From a virus, in the IMG/VR virus record IMGVR_UViG_3300046740_000431, positions 1-64,000 of that record: a DNA stretch of 64,000 nucleotides; one strand, 5' to 3'. Made by a program: the position numbers and the translations under genes. The notes beneath the pieces were generated by a model. The model was given only the letters and a program-made list of their open reading frames with translations, was not told the origin of the DNA and ran no database searches. Positions 59,596-64,000 of the stretch are shown here, one piece after another; within the stretch, counting starts at the first letter, position 1, and every line of letters begins with the position of its first letter.

Positions 59596-59926
59596 CAGTC
59601 CTGCTCCCTGACTACCTGCCTGCAGCAGTCGCACCTTTGCTCAACTCCGATGGTAGCTACCGTTCTTTCGTCGAAAAGAACCACCAACCGAACCGACCGG
59701 ATCCAGAGATCCGGATCGGGATCCGGCGGCGAGAACTCGACGATCACGCGCCTGGGGTCGTCCCAGAACTCGGTGTCACCGATCGTCACGAGCGACTTCG
59801 GATCTTGGCGGTATCGATCACTCGCGATCGACATGGCGACGTCGAGCGACGGGATTCCGCGCATGGTCGCGCTGTATCCGTCGTGCAAGTAGAAGGTCTG
59901 GAACCTGATCATCAGTCCTGCTCCCT
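59593..59926 (-). repeat. 17-bp direct repeats flanking a 105-aa hypothetical gene (59595-59912)
   Basis: AGGGAGCAGGACTGATG at 59593-59609 and 59910-59926; both genes end REQD. Confidence 0.75.
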
Positions 59927-60907
59927 CAGGTCTCGGATCGACAGTCCGTAACCGGCCAGTCCCTCGTTGAACTTCCGCATCGCCATCGACTCGACCTGCC
60001 GAACTCGCTCGCGCGAGACGAACATCTTCTGGGCGATCTCCTCGAGCAACGCCTCGTGATCGTTCGCGGCGCGAGCCCCGTCGAGACGCGCGATCTCGTC
60101 GATCAGGCACGACGGCACGGCCTTCTCGGGGTCGTCTGTCGGCGAGTCGAACCACCGCTCGATGGCGTCCTCTGCCTCGTCGAGGAACTTGGTATCGAGG
60201 GCGCCCTCCTTACGCGGCCCAGCCAGCTCGAGGGTGTCTGGGATCTTGCGATAGACCTGAGTGTACGTGCTCGGCACCGGGCGAGCTGACGCCACGATCG
60301 CGGCCGCGCGCTCGCGGGCACCCGCGAGCATCTTGTCGACGCGCGTCTTGACGGCGGCGCACCGCGTCGCGTGGCGTTCGGTTGCTTCCGGCGTGGCGGC
60401 GCCTCGCTTGGGCGCCTGCTTCGCGAGGGCGGCCCGGATCTCCGATGCTCTCCTCTGGGAGGCGGCCACCACGGACGCGGCGCTGGCCTTCGCCCTGGCT
60501 ACACGCCGCTCGGCCGCCCGCTCGGCCCTGGCGCGAGCTGCCGGTGACCGCTCGTCCATGTCCCGCTCCCACGCCGTGGCGATCTCGCGAGCTCGCTCCG
60601 CGCTCCCCAGCGGGCCGAGCGCGTAGATCAGCTGGCGGCCGTCACCTCCGCGCGCCGGCGGCAGCCGGACCTCGACGTACCACACCGCCGTGTGATCGAA
60701 CTCGTGCTTATCGGCGACGGTGCGCTCGGCCCCGGCGTAGCGCTTCGATGGCGCGTTGATCACCACCGAGCCGTCGTCGAGCACGTCGAGCAGGAGGTTG
60801 AACCGACACGACATCCACGGGCACGGGCGCGGCCCGGTGCGGCAGTCGCCCACGGTCTCCGGTCGCTTCAGATCGATCACGGGAAGATGCACGGCGTTCC
60901 TCACCAT
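59912..60907 (-). CDS. Cys-motif plus sigma70 region-4 HTH regulator with a large insert
   Basis: DC..GPRPCPW.SCRFNL; LEEIAQKMFVSRERVRQVE. Confidence 0.78.
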   Translation of the reverse strand: MVRNAVHLPVIDLKRPETVGDCRTGPRPCPWMSCRFNLLLDVLDDGSVVINAPSKRYAGAERTVADKHEFDHTAVWYVEVRLPPARGGDGRQLIYALGPLGSAERAREIATAWERDMDERSPAARARAERAAERRVARAKASAASVVAASQRRASEIRAALAKQAPKRGAATPEATERHATRCAAVKTRVDKMLAGARERAAAIVASARPVPSTYTQVYRKIPDTLELAGPRKEGALDTKFLDEAEDAIERWFDSPTDDPEKAVPSCLIDEIARLDGARAANDHEALLEEIAQKMFVSRERVRQVESMAMRKFNEGLAGYGLSIRDLREQD

Positions 60908-60909
60908 GG

Positions 60910-61536
60910 CTACAGCAGCGCCTCCTGCGCGGACGGCCTGGGCGGAGACCAGACCCCGAGGCCGAGCATCGTCTCGAGCACCCACGCCTCGTGGGCGTGG
61001 ACCTGGCGGGCGTGGATGACCACCCCAGTCCACCCCTTCTGGGCAGCGTAGACCTTCGAGATCTTGGTGACCGTGAACTGAGAATCGTCCTCTGCGAGCG
61101 CTCCGGTGAGCCCGTCCGCGACGGCGCGGGCGATCTTGTCGTCGTCCGGCTTCACCGTGGGGAACAGCATCCGCTTGCCGTCGGCGGACAGATCGCCGCC
61201 AGTGGTCCAGTGTCCGCCCGGCCTCGCCAGCACGAACACCATCGCGAGCGATACGGCGCCAGGACGAGCGACCAGTCGCTGCGCGGCGGCGTTACGCGCG
61301 CTGATCGACCTGACGCGGATCAGCGCCTGCCACGCCTCGAGCTCCTTGCCGCCCTGGTCGGTCACGGAGACCCCGACGATGGTTCCGCCGAAGCACGAGC
61401 GTCCGCGGCACGACTTCCCTGGCTTGCAGTCGCTGCACTTGCCGCGTGCGATCGGAAACCCGGACATGTTGCCCTTGGCGACCGGGGTGCCCTCGACCAC
61501 GAACCGGACGTCGAGCATGGACGGAGGCGTCGTCAC
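60910..61536 (-). CDS. rusA: RusA-family Holliday junction resolvase
   Basis: FVVEGTPVAKG and KPDDDKIARAVADGLTG...DDSQ. Confidence 0.85.
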   Translation of the reverse strand: MTTPPSMLDVRFVVEGTPVAKGNMSGFPIARGKCSDCKPGKSCRGRSCFGGTIVGVSVTDQGGKELEAWQALIRVRSISARNAAAQRLVARPGAVSLAMVFVLARPGGHWTTGGDLSADGKRMLFPTVKPDDDKIARAVADGLTGALAEDDSQFTVTKISKVYAAQKGWTGVVIHARQVHAHEAWVLETMLGLGVWSPPRPSAQEALL

Positions 61537-61865
61537 GAGACGGCAACGCCTCCATCGTCATCGTCATTCGTAGTCGATGATTCGGACGCCGCCGCGCTCT
61601 TGTCGCGCTCGACGCAGACGGTCGGCTTGTCCTTGATGCGGGCCTGGCGCGGCTTCCCGTCGGAGTCCACGTACTTGTGAACGGTCAGGCCGACCGACTG
61701 CATCGCGGTCAGGAGGGCGGTCTGAGCGTTTCGCTTCCGCTCGTTGAGCGTGGCGATCTCTCCGGTGATCGCCCGCAGATCCTCGGCTGGTTCCTCGATA
61801 TCCGGCCGCTCTACGCGGCTCATCCCCGGCGCCGGCAGATCCTCTTGCTTCTTCGGTCTTCCCAT
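61533..61865 (-). CDS. Hypothetical protein
   Basis: SD AGGAG; operon tiling. Confidence 0.6.
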   Translation of the reverse strand: MGRPKKQEDLPAPGMSRVERPDIEEPAEDLRAITGEIATLNERKRNAQTALLTAMQSVGLTVHKYVDSDGKPRQARIKDKPTVCVERDKSAAASESSTTNDDDDGGVAVS

Positions 61866-61874
61866 GTCGATCTC

Positions 61875-62525
61875 CTACTTCGGTGGCAGCTGATTTCCGA
61901 CGGCATCCCACCCAGGGCGACGTCGACGAGCGAACAGCTCGAGGTTTGGACCGTCCATGCCGACGAGCGGGTGGACGATCTTCGAGAAGAACTCCGGCGG
62001 CTTCGCGCTATGGACGTAGTCGCCGGCCTTGATGCGCCGAACGCGGCCGCGCGAATCGGTGGCTGGGTTGCCTTCTTCGTCGAGAAGGACGCGGCCGATC
62101 TCCAGATCTCCGACCTGGTACGTCGGGACGGCAGCCGGGAACGTGGACCTGACGGCGTTGCTCTGGATCAGGTCAGACGCTGAGCCGCGCACGCAGATCA
62201 ACGCCGTCTCGTGGGAGCCTCGAACGGTTCTACCCATCCCGAACCACGGCAGCCCGTTCTTGGTGATCTTGTTCCAGACCACCTCTGAGAGGTCCCGGAA
62301 CCCCCATGCCCTGGCGACGTCGAGCGCGTCGCGCTGCATCGAGGAGAGTCGCCACAGGAACAGGATCGCCGTGCTGGCGACCTGGACTTCGAGCGTCGAG
62401 AGGTACGCCTCGATCGCCGTGGTCGTCATCACCGGGTACTGGTGAGCCGCTCCGCGCGTGTCGCCGGGCAACTTGTCCTTCGGGGCCCATGGAGGGTCGG
62501 CGACGATGACGCGATACGGCTTCAT
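61875..62525 (-). CDS. MT-A70 family N6-adenine methyltransferase
   Basis: IVADPPW, LFLW, AWGF, FGMG..VR..HE, HSAKP and LELFAR..RPGW..GNQ. Confidence 0.9.
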   Translation of the reverse strand: MKPYRVIVADPPWAPKDKLPGDTRGAAHQYPVMTTTAIEAYLSTLEVQVASTAILFLWRLSSMQRDALDVARAWGFRDLSEVVWNKITKNGLPWFGMGRTVRGSHETALICVRGSASDLIQSNAVRSTFPAAVPTYQVGDLEIGRVLLDEEGNPATDSRGRVRRIKAGDYVHSAKPPEFFSKIVHPLVGMDGPNLELFARRRRPGWDAVGNQLPPK

Positions 62526-63490
62526 GTAGTCCTCGTGAACAGGTCTCGCTGACCTTCTACTGGCAGGCAGTGAGGCGAGAACCAGATCCGCTCTTTGGCC
62601 GACGACCAGGATGCGCTGTTACCCTTCCAGGCAACGCAGGTCCACGTGGCCGGCATATGCGGTCCGTGCTCGGTGTCCCAGCCGCAGAGCGCGATCCGCA
62701 GAGCGGGGTTGTCGCCGTTCTCGAGCGCCCACGTTCTCGCCGCTGCGGAAAGATCTGGATCGTCCTCGCGGTAGAGACGCTTTTCGCGCTCGTCGTGGGC
62801 GTACGGTGAATCAAGCAGCACGCCGCACGGGGTCATCCCGTGTGCGGTGTCGATGCCAAGCGTCGACCGGCCGAGCACGCGCATCCAGTCGCCGCAGCAG
62901 ATCCTGACGCCTCGCAGGCGATCGGATAGTGCTCCGAACAGGTCAGCAAGCGGCGGCGCGCCGGTTCGGTGCACGCCCTTGCCGCGATGGGTGAGCGGCT
63001 TTTTGCGGCTCGGTGCGTGGATGCCGTGGCCCGGCGTGCCGACCTTCGGAAGGCAGCGGTGCAGCGCAAGTCGTTCGTCGGCAGAGCACCACCCGTTGCC
63101 GATCCACGTGCAGATGCCCCAGACCCACCAGCCGGCGATCTTCGAGTCGGAGTACTCGGGGTCGGCGATGAGCTTGTCGAGCAGGGACGGTACCTGCGCA
63201 ACGAGCCACAGGTGCCGCGCGTGAAGATCTGCCTCATTGACCGGCCAGTCAGCCCAGTTCGCTACTTCATCAGGCGTCGCGCGCGTCGCGCGCCAGAAGT
63301 TCGCGATCAGGCCGTCCTTGTCGTTGGCGGTCTCGACCTTGCCGGGTCCGCCGGGCCGCGCGAGCAACGTGGCGAGGCTGCCGGCGAACGGCTCAACGTA
63401 GTTCGGCACGTCGCCGAACGCTCGCCAGATCAGCGATGCAGCGCGGCTCTTGCCACCGAACCACGGGAAAGGCGCGCGCAAGTCGCTCAC
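62522..63490 (-). CDS. Dam-like (D12 class) DNA adenine methyltransferase
   Basis: FPWFGGKS, YVEPFAGS and ND...IANFW; catalytic motif is DSPY rather than DPPY. Confidence 0.85.
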   Translation of the reverse strand: MSDLRAPFPWFGGKSRAASLIWRAFGDVPNYVEPFAGSLATLLARPGGPGKVETANDKDGLIANFWRATRATPDEVANWADWPVNEADLHARHLWLVAQVPSLLDKLIADPEYSDSKIAGWWVWGICTWIGNGWCSADERLALHRCLPKVGTPGHGIHAPSRKKPLTHRGKGVHRTGAPPLADLFGALSDRLRGVRICCGDWMRVLGRSTLGIDTAHGMTPCGVLLDSPYAHDEREKRLYREDDPDLSAAARTWALENGDNPALRIALCGWDTEHGPHMPATWTCVAWKGNSASWSSAKERIWFSPHCLPVEGQRDLFTRTT

Positions 63491-64000
63491 CTGACGTGCC
63501 AGTCCCCTGCGTCGTCGAATCGGCGCGCGAAGTCGTCACCCATCGACTGCTGACCTCGCGGCCCCGCCGAGCGCAGGTTGAGCGCCGCTGCGTACTCGAG
63601 CTCGGTGTCGTACAAGGCGTGCGATTTTACGTCCCAGAACATCCTAATGTCAATTTGTCCCTCTCCGTTGTTGTTCTTCAACACCAGCACGTGGAGATCG
63701 CTCTGGCTGTTCACGAGCCGGCCGGTCGCGTCTTTCTTGAGCGGCTCGTACATCCACGGCCGGTGGAGCGCCACGATCAGCTTGCCGGCCATGTCGGCAG
63801 CTCCGGTGTCGCGGATGTCCGAGATCCGCGGCCGCTTGTCGTCGCGCCTCTCCACCTCGCGGTTCAGCTGCGCGAAGATCGCCACGGCGATCTGTTCCTC
63901 TTGGGCGAAGTCGCTGAGCACGGCGCAGACGTGGGAGAGCCCCTCGTCTCGGCTCCTCGCGTGCGCGGGCTGCGGGAACTTCTGCAGGTAGTCGACGATC
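63487..64000 (-). CDS. dnaB: DnaB-like replicative helicase, C-terminal part (truncated by the window)
   Basis: IVDYLQ, FAQLNREVE.R.DKRP..SDIRDTG and LKNNNG. Confidence 0.88.
   Translation of the reverse strand, partial: IVDYLQKFPQPAHARSRDEGLSHVCAVLSDFAQEEQIAVAIFAQLNREVERRDDKRPRISDIRDTGAADMAGKLIVALHRPWMYEPLKKDATGRLVNSQSDLHVLVLKNNNGEGQIDIRMFWDVKSHALYDTELEYAAALNLRSAGPRGQQSMGDDFARRFDDAGDWHVR

Overview
High-GC window from the interior of a tailed dsDNA phage or prophage genome. No integrase, att site or host housekeeping gene is visible. The host is probably a myxobacterium-like Gram-negative; this is inferred only from sigma54-type promoters, a degenerate enhancer-binding-protein-like fragment and the CxxC + sigma4 regulator family. 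Layout, mostly on the minus strand, right to left: (1) replication and DNA-modification block with DnaB C-terminus, Dam-like, MT-A70, RusA, sigma4 regulator, DUF5131, Endo VII homing nuclease, two ASCH proteins, dUTPase, Mom-like, SNF2, Gp88-like, NDT-like and a C5 methyltransferase; (2) fibre/BppU genes with an Acb2/Tad1-type sponge; (3) TerS-TerL, tRNA-fMet plus a candidate structured RNA, and the portal; (4) a 15 kb accessory island, partly inverted, with DpdA-like + QueD and tRNA-Arg; (5) head module with MuF, an ADP-ribosyltransferase, a second protein carrying the same N-terminal tag, scaffold, capsid and head-completion genes. Most notable candidates: a MuF-linked cargo system with a shared DFDExxHPRAADGKFG tag, an R-S-E ART and an unannotated coupled 52-aa ORF; a tRNA-fMet-linked structured RNA between terminase and portal; a tRNA-like RNA with an anticodon arm 21 nt too long; three promoters with phased 11-bp TACCCC repeats; a homing endonuclease carrying a synonymously recoded copy of its target gene start; and an RBS-sequestering hairpin on the capsid gene. 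All family assignments come from motif recognition by eye, not from database searches.
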